A DNA stretch of 64,000 nucleotides from Candidatus Eiseniibacteriota bacterium (GCA_041946735.1 JBHGAY010000006.1:1-64000), one strand, 5' to 3'. Counted from the first letter of the stretch, positions 37,267-47,048 are shown. Numbers and translations: made by a program. The notes: generated from the sequence alone by a model not told the origin.

Positions 37267-37295
37267 TTCCCGCGGATCCACCGATGCTTCTTCCC

Positions 37296-37751
37296 ATGGA
37301 ACGGCGATCGGGCGGAGCCGCGTTCGGCTACGAGTCGTTCGACCACACGGCCGACATCGGACTGCGGGTGTACGGGCGTACGCGGGGCGAGCTGTTCGAG
37401 CAGGCCGCGCTGGGATTGGCCTCGCTGCTGCTCGAGTCCGGCGAGGTGCGGCCGGTCGAGGAGCGCGTGGTCTCCCTCGAACATCAAGGATTCGAGGAGG
37501 GCCTGATCGGCTGGCTCAACGAGATCCTCTATCTGCGCGAGATCGGGCGCTTCCTTCCCGCCACCGTCGCCGTCCTCGTCCTCGACTCGCGGCGGCTTCG
37601 TGCCCGCCTCTCGGGAGAGACGCTCGACCCGTCCCGGCACCTGCCCGGCCTCGAGATCAAGGCGGCGACGTATCATGACCTCCGGATCGACGAAGCCCGG
37701 GCGCCCGACGGTACGCCGCGCTTCGAGACCCGGGTCATCCTGGACATTTGA
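37296..37751 (+). CDS. Archease (RtcB activator)
   Basis: YESFDHTADIGL, EIKAATYH, C-terminal ILDI*. Confidence 0.92.
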   Translation: MERRSGGAAFGYESFDHTADIGLRVYGRTRGELFEQAALGLASLLLESGEVRPVEERVVSLEHQGFEEGLIGWLNEILYLREIGRFLPATVAVLVLDSRRLRARLSGETLDPSRHLPGLEIKAATYHDLRIDEARAPDGTPRFETRVILDI

Positions 37752-37836
37752 CCCGGAAGGCCGGTCTGGCCTGGACGGCCGGTCGATCTCAGGATCGTTC
37801 CGAAATCGGCGAGCTCACGGGACGAGGGACGGCAGC

Positions 37837-39285
37837 ATGACCAAGGGTGAGACGATCGAGATCCGAGAGATACGCGATTGGCTCTTCGAGATCCCGCGCA
37901 GCGGCGGGATGCGCGTCCCCGGACGGATCTACGCGGACCGCGAAATGATGTCCTCGATCCGCGGCGAGGGAGCGGTGGAGCAGGTCCGGAACGTTGCGCA
38001 CCTGCCCGGAATCGTCGGTTTCTCGCTCGCCATGCCCGATATCCACTGGGGATACGGCTTCCCGATCGGCGGAGTGGCGGCGACCGACATCTCGCAGGGC
38101 GGCGTCATCTCCCCCGGAGGAGTCGGCTATGACATCAACTGTGGCGTGCGGCTCTGCACCACGCGCTTGCGCGCCTCCGACGTGCGACCCCGGATTCGAC
38201 GGGTCGTGCAGCGTCTCTTCGCGAACATCCCGTGCGGAGTCGGCTCCGAAGGGGCGATCCAGCGCGTCTCGATGCAGGAGCTCGACCGCGTGATGGTCGA
38301 GGGGGCGGCGTGGGCGATCGCGCAGGGATACGGCCAGCCCGGACAGCTCGAGCAGATCGAGGACCGCGGGCGGATGAGGCCAGCCGACCCGTCGAAGGTG
38401 AGCGCCCGCGCGCGCGAGCGCGGAGCCGAGCAGATCGGCACGCTCGGATCCGGGAACCACTTCGCTGAGATCGACGTCGTCGATCGGATCTGCGACCCGG
38501 AGGCGGCCCGCGAGTTCGGGATCGAGGAAGGGACGATTGCCGTCCTGATCCACACCGGATCGCGCGGCTTCGGCTACCAGATCTGCGACGACTACCTGAA
38601 GCTCCTCGGCCGCTCGATGTCGAAGTACGACATCCACGTGCCCGACCGGCAGCTCGCCTGCGCGCCGGTCGATTCCGACGAAGGAAAGGCGTACCTCGCC
38701 GCCATGGCGTGCGCGGCGAACTTCGCGTGGGCGAACCGCCAGACGATCCAGCATCTCGCCGAGCGATCGCTGATCGAGGCGATGGAGACGAGCCCAGCGG
38801 AGGTCGGGTTGCGCCTGCTCTACGACGTCTGCCACAACATCGCGAAGATCGAGGAGCACGAGGTGGAGGGGAGGCTCCGCACCGTGTGCGTCCACCGCAA
38901 GGGAGCGACGCGCGCGCATCCGCCGCGCGGGCAGCGGCTGCCGTGGAAGGCCGGCCAGCCGGTGATCGTCCCTGGCGACATGGGAACGGAGAGCTGGGTC
39001 TGCGCCGGCACGGAGCGCTCGCTCGAGGAAACGCTGGGGAGTAGCTGTCATGGAGCCGGCAGGATCCTCAGCCGCAGTGCCGCGAAAGCGCGCTTCGGCG
39101 GGCGCGATCTGGTCGCCGATCTCGAGAGGGAAGGAATCACGGTGCAGGCGAAGGCCCGAGGAACCCTCGCCGAGGAGATGCGGGGCGCCTACAAGGACGT
39201 CGGCCGCGTGGTCGACGTGATGGAGCGAGCCGGCGTCAGCAGGAAGGTCGCCCGCTTGCGGCCGATCGGCGTGATCAAGGGATGA
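37837..39285 (+). CDS. rtcB: RNA-splicing/repair ligase RtcB (archaeal/eukaryote-like long form)
   Basis: MPDIHWGYGFPIGG, GVGYDINCG, GTLGSGNHF, HTGSRG, YDVCHNIAK, HRKGAT, SCHGAGR, EEM..AYKD. Confidence 0.95.
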   Translation: MTKGETIEIREIRDWLFEIPRSGGMRVPGRIYADREMMSSIRGEGAVEQVRNVAHLPGIVGFSLAMPDIHWGYGFPIGGVAATDISQGGVISPGGVGYDINCGVRLCTTRLRASDVRPRIRRVVQRLFANIPCGVGSEGAIQRVSMQELDRVMVEGAAWAIAQGYGQPGQLEQIEDRGRMRPADPSKVSARARERGAEQIGTLGSGNHFAEIDVVDRICDPEAAREFGIEEGTIAVLIHTGSRGFGYQICDDYLKLLGRSMSKYDIHVPDRQLACAPVDSDEGKAYLAAMACAANFAWANRQTIQHLAERSLIEAMETSPAEVGLRLLYDVCHNIAKIEEHEVEGRLRTVCVHRKGATRAHPPRGQRLPWKAGQPVIVPGDMGTESWVCAGTERSLEETLGSSCHGAGRILSRSAAKARFGGRDLVADLEREGITVQAKARGTLAEEMRGAYKDVGRVVDVMERAGVSRKVARLRPIGVIKG

Positions 39286-40307
39286 CGTCGAAGCCGTGTC
39301 CTGGCGGGGCTCGTTCCGCCGATCCGATCCTCCTGATCCAACTCAAACGGATCGGCGACGTCCTGCTCTGCACGCCGCTCGCCCGCGCGCTGAAGGTCGA
39401 CCGTCCGGATCGACGCGTGCTGTTCCTCACCGAAGAGGCGAATCGCCCGATCCTCGAAGGGAACACGAGGATCGACCGGGTGCTGACCGTTCCCTCTTCG
39501 ATGGGCCTCTCCGCCTGGCGAACCGTCGTTTTGGAGCTGCGAAGCGAGAGCGCGGCCACGGTCGTCGACCTCTCCGGAACGCCGCGGAGCTGCCTCCTGG
39601 CGCTCGCGTCCCGCGCGCCCTGCAAGATCGGCTTTCGCGTGCGGCTGCCCCGGCGTCTCGTCTACGACATCGCGGTCGTCCCCGACCGGTCGAAGTACAC
39701 GGTCGACCGGCGCCTCGATCTCCTCCGCGCTCTCGGAATCCCGGGAGCCGGACTCGAACCGGAGCTGGCCTTGCGCGAGGCGGAGCGGGCCGAGGCGCGC
39801 GAGCTGCTCGACCGCGCCGGCTTCGATCGCGCCTCGGCCCTGCTCGCCGTGGCGCCCGCCTCCCGCCGCGCCAAGAAGCGTTGGGACCCGCGCGGGTTCG
39901 CGGCGGTGCTGGAGCGCGCGCGTGCGCAGTGGGGAGCGGTCCCGTTGCTGCTCTGGGGGCCCGGCGAAGAGGGTCAGGTGAACGAAGTCCTCTCGCTCCT
40001 CGATCCGCCCCCGCCGCGGCTGCCCGGCCCGCCAGGACTGCGGATGCTCGCCGCCCTGATCGAGGCTTCTCAACTCCTGCTGACGAACGACGGCGGTGCG
40101 AAGCACCTCGCCGTCGCGCTCGGGATTCCATCGGTCACCGTCTTCGTCTCGACCGCGACGTTCTCCTGGCATCCGCCCGGGCTTCCCGATCACATCGCCG
40201 TCGAAGCGGGAGGCGGGCTGGCGGACGAGATCGAACGGACGGCCGCCGCAGTCGCGCAGCTCTGGGATCGCGCGGCGCTCCGGCCCCGTACCGGCCAAAC
40301 CGCCTGA
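39282..40307 (+). CDS. GT9 glycosyltransferase
   Basis: KRIGDVLL, KRW, NDGGAKHLAVALGIP; ATGA overlap with rtcB. Confidence 0.87.
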   Translation: MTSKPCPGGARSADPILLIQLKRIGDVLLCTPLARALKVDRPDRRVLFLTEEANRPILEGNTRIDRVLTVPSSMGLSAWRTVVLELRSESAATVVDLSGTPRSCLLALASRAPCKIGFRVRLPRRLVYDIAVVPDRSKYTVDRRLDLLRALGIPGAGLEPELALREAERAEARELLDRAGFDRASALLAVAPASRRAKKRWDPRGFAAVLERARAQWGAVPLLLWGPGEEGQVNEVLSLLDPPPPRLPGPPGLRMLAALIEASQLLLTNDGGAKHLAVALGIPSVTVFVSTATFSWHPPGLPDHIAVEAGGGLADEIERTAAAVAQLWDRAALRPRTGQTA

Positions 40308-40385
40308 TCCGCCCTCGGTCCCGCGCTCCGACCGTCCCCACGGCGCTGGGCGCGCGCCCCGTCCGCTTCCCGCCGCTTCCCAGCC

Positions 40386-40516
40386 CTTTCCACACTCCCT
40401 CCGCGTTCTCCTGCCCCCGCTTTGCACGCACTTTCCACAACCCGGCCGGACGGCCGATCCCGCGGCACGATCATGAGTTGCGCCGGGGCGCGGGCCCCGC
40501 CGTCGCGTTTTCCACA
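40386..40516 (+). promoter_or_regulatory. Cluster of co-oriented DnaA-box-like 9-mers
   Basis: CTTTCCACA 40386-40394, CTTTGCACG 40420-40428, CTTTCCACA 40431-40439, TTTTCCACA 40508-40516 (consensus TTWTNCACA). Confidence 0.5.
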
Positions 40517-40528
40517 GCCGAGGGGGAG

Positions 40529-43500
40529 TCAGGCCTCGAGGCGGCGCGGGCTGGTGAGAACGGCGACCGGGAAGTCGACGAGGGCCGAACCGGCGCCGAC
40601 CGCCCGCGTCCCATCGGGCAGCGTGCGGATCTCGACCGCTTCGCCGGTGAAGAGGTTGCGCAGCGGGCCGCCCGGAGCCTCGGGCGGGAGCAGGATCCAC
40701 GTCTCGCCATAGACGGCGTCGCCGAGGGGCAGCTTCCTCTGGCCTTCGAGCAGGATCGAGAAGAATCGCGGTGCGATCACGATCGCCCAGTCCTCTCCGT
40801 CGTGCCGCGCGAATGCGAAGAGATGGTTCTCGCGGTCCCCCCGCGGATCGAGCGAGAGGTACGCGCCTGCCTGGAAGAGCGCCGGGCGCTCCTTCCGCAA
40901 GCTCAGACAGCGCAGGATGAGATACTGCTTCGCGCGTCCGTCCTCGAGCGTATCGAGCAGCGAGCGCGCAAGCGCCGCCGCCCCCTCCGGACGATCCGCC
41001 GCGGCCGACACCTCACGCAGCTCGTCGATCATCCGGCGGCGCTGCTCGTAGTCGACCGGCCGCCGGTTGTCCGGATCGACGAGCGTGAAATCCCAGACCA
41101 CGCTTCCCTGATAGAAATCCGGAACGCCCGGAGAGAGCGCCTTCAGCAGCGTCTGCGAAAGCGCGTTGTACATTCCGAACCAGCTGATCTTGCGGGCGAA
41201 CGGGACGATCTCCGACAGGAAGCGCTCTCCCGTTTCCCGGCGGAGCATGGCGGTGACGAACTTCGTCGTCGCCTGCTCGTACTCGGCGTTCGGGTTGATC
41301 CAGCTCGTGTGGACCTTCGCCTCCTTGATCGCCTTCTGCATGTACTGGATGATCCGCTCGCGGAACGCGGCGAGCGCCTGATCGTCCGGCCCTCCCTCCC
41401 CCATCGCCTCGAGCGGCCAGGCTCCGACCAGGGTCTGATAGAGGAGGTACTCGTCGTTGCGATCCGGAGCCGGATCTCCTTCGATCAACATTTTGCGGGA
41501 ACGGTTGAGGCGTGAGAAGACGGCGAGGCGCTTGCGCCATTCCTCCGGAAGCTCCGTCAGCACGTTGGTCCTCGCCCGCACGTCCTCGCTCCTCTTGCTG
41601 TCGTGCGTCGAGCTGGAGAGCATCGAGTGGGGCCAGCGCCGCAGCCGCTCGAAGTTCGCGCGATGGAGCACGCCGGGCGACGTCGAGAACCGGCGAGGAT
41701 CGCCCCCCACCTCGTTCAGCGAGATCAGGCGGTGGTAGCGGTAGAAGGAGGTGTCCTCGAGACCCTTCGCCATGACGGGCGCCGTGTACTGCTGGAATTT
41801 CATCGCGAAGTCGACCCGGGCCTGGCGATCGTCCCCATCGCGCCCGGCGCTCGGCTCGAGCAGCAGGACATCGCGCAGGAAGTCGAAGATGGTCAAGTCG
41901 GAGGCAGGACTCCGCCGCTTCGCCTGCGCGATGGCCCAATCGACGTAACGGCGGTCCTCGGGCGTCACGCGCTCGCTCGTCACGTACGTGCGATAGACGG
42001 GGAAGCAGGCGACCGTCTCGACGATCGCCTCCTGGAGAGTGTTGAGCGTGAAGTCGCGCGTCATGCGATCCGACTCCGAGATCCTGTCGAGGAGGTTCGC
42101 CAGGACGACCAGCTCGCTGGCCAGCGCCGTCCGCATGATCAGCTTCTTCGATTGATAGAGGATCTCGCCGAAGTCCGGCCTCCGACCGAGGAAGCGAGCG
42201 TAGATGCGGTCCATCGCCCGCTCCGCCTCGGGCAGGACGAACAGGCCGTTGACGAGATTCAGGAACTCGTAGCCGGTCGTCCCATGAACCTCCCAGTCCT
42301 CGCGCAGCTGCTCGCGCGACCCGAGGATCTTCTCGATGACCAGGTAGAGGGACGGGGAAGGCCTCCCGCTCGCCGGCGCCATCGCGCCCAACGGCGCCGT
42401 CGCGCTCGTCCCGCCCTCCGCCCTCGTCCCGCGTTCTGCTCTCGCTTCGACCTCCGGCGCCTCGCGCCCCCCCGCGTCCGGATCGCGCCCCGCCGCCCTC
42501 GCCTGCAATCGCGCGAAGTAGGCGGCGGGATCCCTCAAGCCATCGGGATGGTCGATCCGCAGGCCTTGGATCTTCCCCTCCCCGATCCACTGGAGGATCC
42601 GGCGATGGGTCAGATCGAACACCTCCGGAACCTCCATCCGGAGGCCGGCCAGCTCGTTGACGTCGAAGAACCGCCGGTAGTTGATCTCGTCGGTCGCGAC
42701 TCGCCAGTACGCCAGCCGGTAGGTCTGCTCCTCCAGCAGGCGGTGGAGCCGCTCGAAGCTTTCCGCTTTGCCCGGCTCGCCGTTCACGCGCGCAACCGCC
42801 GCCTCCACGTGCGCGCGGATCTCCGGCACGCGCCGCGCCAGCTCGGCCAGCTTCCGCTTGTGGATCTCCTTGTCGCGCGTCCGCTCGAGGACCGCCTCCC
42901 GATCGCTCCTCCACCGGTCGGGCAGGTGATGGAACGCGCCGATCAGGCTCTCGAACTCGGGCAACGAGGCGTCCTGCGGCCCGAGCCGATCCCGCAAGGA
43001 CTCGAGATCGCCGGAGAGGATCTCCGGATACCTCTTCGGATCGATCGGGAAGCGGTTCTCGTAGTAGCGGACCTCGATCGCTCCCCGCTCCGGATCGAAG
43101 GCGAGCTTCAGCTGTCCCCGCTCGAGGACGGTTCCGTAGCGATCCCCAAGGACCGGAAGCAGCACCTTCCCGCGCAGCTCGTCCTTCATCGGGAGCCAGT
43201 CGATGTCGAAGAACCTCGCGAACGGGCTGCACTGCCCGTTCTCGAGCACCTCCAACCACCAGAGGTTGTCGGGGCCGACGCCCATGTGGTTCGGAACGAC
43301 GTCCAGGATCTGCCCCATGCCGTTCGCATGGAGCGCCTCGACGAACCGCTCGTAGTCCTCTTCGCTGCCGATCTCCGGATTGAGCGAGCCGTGGTCGACC
43401 ACGTCGTAGCCATGCATGCTCCCCGGCCGCGCCATGAGGTACGGCGAGGCGTAGCAGTGGCTGATCCCGAGATCGCGCAGGTAGGGGATCACCTCGATCG

Positions 43501-45808
43501 CGGAGCGAAACGTAAAGTCCTTGTGGAACTGCAGGCGGTAGGTCGCCCGTGGGATGTCCGGGCCGCTCGGCGATTCCGCGCCGCCTCCGCCCGACCCTCC
43601 CGGATCGGGACGCGGCCGCTCCTCGCGCAACATCCCGGCGAGGCGCTGCGCCAGTTCGCCTCGCCCGACCTCGTCCACGGAGACCGGCAGCTTCCTGCGC
43701 CAGTTCGGATACCGGTTCCCCGCCGCGGGGAAGTTGAACGGCTCCGCCATCCCGACAAGGTCCGAGAGCTGCACGAGCAGGAGCCTCGATCGCGCGCGCG
43801 CGAGATAGCGATGCAGCGCGACGGCGAGATCGACGGAAAGCTCCGCGGCCGATGAGGACTCGACATTGACGCCGGAAGGCAGCAGGCCCTCGCGTTCGAG
43901 CGCGAGCAGAAGGCGGGTGCGCTGCTGGTTGCGCTCCATCACGCGCGCGCCGCGCGCCTGATCATCCGGGAAGAGCCCGGCTTCGCCGAGCCAGAACAGA
44001 TCGCGCCCCTCCCAGAAACCGGCGAGCGTGGGAAGGTCGTGCGTGCTTATCGCGACCGCGGCGTTGTGCGGGTACTCCTCGATCCTTCGCGGATTCCCGC
44101 CCTCGTCGTTCTCGAAGTAGAGCAGCCGGTAGGACAGCACCGATCGCTCCATGAGCGCCTCGCGAAGCCCCGGCGGGATCGTTCCCAGATCCTCGCCGAT
44201 CACCAGGCAGTGGTTGCGCCGGCTCTCGAGCGCGATCAGCCCTAGGATCTCCTCGAACGGAAAGTCGACGTAGGATCCGTGCGCCGCGCCCAGGCCCTTC
44301 GGGACCCAGTACTGCCGCATCATCCCGAGGATGTGATCGATTCGGAGCGCGCCGGCGTGCTTCATGTTGGCCCGCAGCATCTCGACGAAGAGCCGGTAGC
44401 CGGAACGCCGCATCTCGACCGGATGCAACGGAGGGATTCCCCAGTCCTGTCCGGCGGGATTCACCGGATCCGGAGGCGCGCCGATCGCGACGCCGAGCAC
44501 GATCTGCTCCTGGTTCGCCCAGGCCTCCGCCCCCGCCGGGTCCACGCCGACCGCCAGGTCCTCACAGAGGCCGATGCCGAGCCGCCAACGCTCGCAACGC
44601 GCTCCCGCCTCGCCCAACTGCTCGTCGGTGATCCACTGCAGCCAGGCGAAGAACTGCACGCGCTCCTCGTGCTCCTCCGCGAACTGCGCGACCTCCTTCG
44701 TCGCCGGATGCCGGTACGCGACCGGCCAGACCTGCCATCCCCAGATCTCCGGATCGCCCGCGTGGAAGTGCTCCTGCAGCGCCTCGTAGAGGGCGTGGCT
44801 GCGCAGCGAGACTCCGCCCCGTTCCAAAAAGCCGCGGAACGCGCGCCCCCGCGGCGACCCGGCCGCCAGATGCTTTTCGCGGAAGTGGGAGTAGAGCCTC
44901 TCCAGGATCCGCCGCTTCGCGTCGACGACGCCGCCATAGTCGACCAGCTCCTCGCGCCGCAGCTCTTCGAGCCGCTTCTGGAACTCCGGCGATGCCACCT
45001 CCTCCTGCGCCTCCAGGCACTCCTGAAACTCGGGAACCGCCTCGACGTCGACGTAGATTGCGTTCTTCCAGATCCGGCTCGAGGGGCTGTACGGGGAGAT
45101 CGCCCACGGATTGTGCGGAAAGAGCGCATGTAGCGGGTTCAAGCCGATCATCTCCGCCCCGATCTCCGCGCAGCGGTCGATCAGCTGCTTCAGGTCGGTG
45201 AAGTCCCCGATCCCCCAGTTGCGATCGGAGCGGAGCGAGTAGAGCTGGACGGTGATTCCCCAGGTCCGGTTCTCTCCGGCGATCGCCGCAGGGAGAAAAC
45301 AGGACAGCGGGGACACCGCGAGCGGCATCGAATCGAGCGTGCCCTCCCGGCCCGAGATGGAAAGCTCGTGGTAGCCCCAGCGGAGGGGGCCGGCCAGGGA
45401 GAGGGAAAGGGACCGCCTCGTGAGCCTCCGCCCGCCGATCTCCCGGCTCTCCTCGGCCGGCAGGTCGGCCGGCCGGAAGGTTCCGCTTCGCTCCGCGCCC
45501 CCCTCCTCGCGCAGCAGCCAGGTCAGCTCCTCGCCGCTTCTCTCGTCGGGAAGGATGACCGAGACCCGAATCGGCCGGTCCTCGCGCGCCACCACCACAG
45601 GCGGCAGGATGCGCGACCATGCCGACGCGACCTCCCGGTCGAGGAGCGGACCGGCGTCCTGGCCGCCATCGAGCGGCAGGCCCATCGCCCGAAGCAGCGC
45701 CACCTTCGTTTCGGCCGGGATGACGTAATGCCGGCCGGCGATGTCATAGAAGTCCTCGTGGATGCCCCACATCGAGGCCAGACGGTCGATCGGAGCCGAG
45801 TCGCTCAT
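40529..45808 (-). CDS. malQ-treY: 4-alpha-glucanotransferase (GH77) fused to malto-oligosyltrehalose synthase (GH13)
   Basis: MalQ: WGIGDF, SPYSPSSR, LRIDH, IGEDLG, THDLPT. Gly/Pro linker. TreY: ATYRLQF, HGYDVVD, DVVPNHM, RIDHPDGL, EKIL, STHDSKR. Confidence 0.93.
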   Translation of the reverse strand: MSDSAPIDRLASMWGIHEDFYDIAGRHYVIPAETKVALLRAMGLPLDGGQDAGPLLDREVASAWSRILPPVVVAREDRPIRVSVILPDERSGEELTWLLREEGGAERSGTFRPADLPAEESREIGGRRLTRRSLSLSLAGPLRWGYHELSISGREGTLDSMPLAVSPLSCFLPAAIAGENRTWGITVQLYSLRSDRNWGIGDFTDLKQLIDRCAEIGAEMIGLNPLHALFPHNPWAISPYSPSSRIWKNAIYVDVEAVPEFQECLEAQEEVASPEFQKRLEELRREELVDYGGVVDAKRRILERLYSHFREKHLAAGSPRGRAFRGFLERGGVSLRSHALYEALQEHFHAGDPEIWGWQVWPVAYRHPATKEVAQFAEEHEERVQFFAWLQWITDEQLGEAGARCERWRLGIGLCEDLAVGVDPAGAEAWANQEQIVLGVAIGAPPDPVNPAGQDWGIPPLHPVEMRRSGYRLFVEMLRANMKHAGALRIDHILGMMRQYWVPKGLGAAHGSYVDFPFEEILGLIALESRRNHCLVIGEDLGTIPPGLREALMERSVLSYRLLYFENDEGGNPRRIEEYPHNAAVAISTHDLPTLAGFWEGRDLFWLGEAGLFPDDQARGARVMERNQQRTRLLLALEREGLLPSGVNVESSSAAELSVDLAVALHRYLARARSRLLLVQLSDLVGMAEPFNFPAAGNRYPNWRRKLPVSVDEVGRGELAQRLAGMLREERPRPDPGGSGGGGAESPSGPDIPRATYRLQFHKDFTFRSAIEVIPYLRDLGISHCYASPYLMARPGSMHGYDVVDHGSLNPEIGSEEDYERFVEALHANGMGQILDVVPNHMGVGPDNLWWLEVLENGQCSPFARFFDIDWLPMKDELRGKVLLPVLGDRYGTVLERGQLKLAFDPERGAIEVRYYENRFPIDPKRYPEILSGDLESLRDRLGPQDASLPEFESLIGAFHHLPDRWRSDREAVLERTRDKEIHKRKLAELARRVPEIRAHVEAAVARVNGEPGKAESFERLHRLLEEQTYRLAYWRVATDEINYRRFFDVNELAGLRMEVPEVFDLTHRRILQWIGEGKIQGLRIDHPDGLRDPAAYFARLQARAAGRDPDAGGREAPEVEARAERGTRAEGGTSATAPLGAMAPASGRPSPSLYLVIEKILGSREQLREDWEVHGTTGYEFLNLVNGLFVLPEAERAMDRIYARFLGRRPDFGEILYQSKKLIMRTALASELVVLANLLDRISESDRMTRDFTLNTLQEAIVETVACFPVYRTYVTSERVTPEDRRYVDWAIAQAKRRSPASDLTIFDFLRDVLLLEPSAGRDGDDRQARVDFAMKFQQYTAPVMAKGLEDTSFYRYHRLISLNEVGGDPRRFSTSPGVLHRANFERLRRWPHSMLSSSTHDSKRSEDVRARTNVLTELPEEWRKRLAVFSRLNRSRKMLIEGDPAPDRNDEYLLYQTLVGAWPLEAMGEGGPDDQALAAFRERIIQYMQKAIKEAKVHTSWINPNAEYEQATTKFVTAMLRRETGERFLSEIVPFARKISWFGMYNALSQTLLKALSPGVPDFYQGSVVWDFTLVDPDNRRPVDYEQRRRMIDELREVSAAADRPEGAAALARSLLDTLEDGRAKQYLILRCLSLRKERPALFQAGAYLSLDPRGDRENHLFAFARHDGEDWAIVIAPRFFSILLEGQRKLPLGDAVYGETWILLPPEAPGGPLRNLFTGEAVEIRTLPDGTRAVGAGSALVDFPVAVLTSPRRLEA

Positions 45809-45920
45809 ACATCCCCCTCGTCACGGTGTCCGTCGCGATCGTAGCCAAGCGAGGCGGTCGCGTGGAAAGAACCGGCGGGATGGATCGAGAATCGAGGCCG
45901 GAGACGCGGACCAGCGTTCG

Positions 45921-47048
45921 TCAGCGGGCGGCGGGCAGGCCCTTCGCCACGCCGTCGACGATCGCATCGAGATCGACGATCGTCCGGCAGATCGGATCGG
46001 GGCAGGCGCGGCGCCAGCAGGGGCTGCAAGCGAGGGGAGTCGTGACCTTGACGCCGCGATCGAACAGGTCGATCTCCTGTGCGCAGGAGACGTTGAACCA
46101 GCCGACCGTCCACTTGCCCAGGGCGATCGCGATGTGCAGGGCGCCGCTGTCGGGACTGACGACCGCGTCGCACGTATCGACGTAGAGAAGGCCGCGCCGC
46201 AGCCCCTCTCCCACCGGCGTCTCGATGGCGCGGCCGCCGCACCGCCGCGCGATCGACCGATTGCGCTCCGCCTCTCCCGGCCCACCGAGCAACAGGATCG
46301 CCGCTCCGGGGAGCCTCGCGTCGAGTCGCCCCACCAGCGCGACCACCTGATCCTCCGTGAGGCTCTTCAGCGGATACAAATCGCTCGTGCCGGTCTGGAT
46401 CCCGATGACCGGACGAGACGCAGAAGCCCCGATGCTCCTACGGAACTCCTCGACGAACCGCTCCTCTTCGGCGCTCTTTCGCAGGACGTAGGGGTCACGC
46501 CGGTAGTCGAGGCCGAACGCCTCCGCAAGCAGCTCCTGGCCGGTCCTCCCGTTCTTCCGGAACTTCTCGTCGTCGTCGAGCCCGAGGCGGTAGAGCGCGC
46601 GCGAATCCTCGTGCAGCGGACGGATCATCCCGTTGCGATCGAGGCCGAAGCCGCGCTTCTCGGCAGCCCGCAACCGAGTCGCCAGCGCGCAGGACGGCCG
46701 CCCCTTGTCGGCGTTCAAGAGGAGGTCGAACTCCATCGCCTCGAGCGTGGTCACGGTCGCGAGATCGAAGCCCCACGCTCGGTCGATCAGCGGGTTGCCA
46801 GCAAGGAGCGGGAGATGGGCGGGTAGGGTGAGCCACGTCAGCAGGGCGCGCGGGTGCTTGCGGCGCAAAGCAGGCAACAGGCAGGTGGTCATCAGGACGT
46901 CGCCCATCGCGTCGAGATTGATCAGGAGGATGGTGCGGTCGAACGGATCCGCCTCCCGGCAGCCGTCGCACACGTAGCCGGGGGCGCAAGGCCGGTAGCC
47001 GTTGAAATGGCGGCACTCGAGGTTCGCTTCCCCCCGATGGATCTCCAC
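45921..47048 (-). CDS. GT9 glycosyltransferase with N- and C-terminal Cys clusters
   Basis: DAMGDVL, DSGALHIAIALGK; CRHFNGYRPCAPGYVCDGC and CSPCWRRACPDPIC. Confidence 0.87.
   Translation of the reverse strand: MEIHRGEANLECRHFNGYRPCAPGYVCDGCREADPFDRTILLINLDAMGDVLMTTCLLPALRRKHPRALLTWLTLPAHLPLLAGNPLIDRAWGFDLATVTTLEAMEFDLLLNADKGRPSCALATRLRAAEKRGFGLDRNGMIRPLHEDSRALYRLGLDDDEKFRKNGRTGQELLAEAFGLDYRRDPYVLRKSAEEERFVEEFRRSIGASASRPVIGIQTGTSDLYPLKSLTEDQVVALVGRLDARLPGAAILLLGGPGEAERNRSIARRCGGRAIETPVGEGLRRGLLYVDTCDAVVSPDSGALHIAIALGKWTVGWFNVSCAQEIDLFDRGVKVTTPLACSPCWRRACPDPICRTIVDLDAIVDGVAKGLPAAR

Noticed and set aside
37740..37840. Possible +1 frameshift fusing archease to RtcB (ATT TGA C resembles the prfB CTT TGA C site, and the RtcB frame is open upstream)
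   Set aside because: No internal Shine-Dalgarno just upstream, Ile-tRNA re-pairing on TTT is poor, archease ends in its conserved terminal DI, rtcB has its own RBS/ATG, and open frames are common at this GC content
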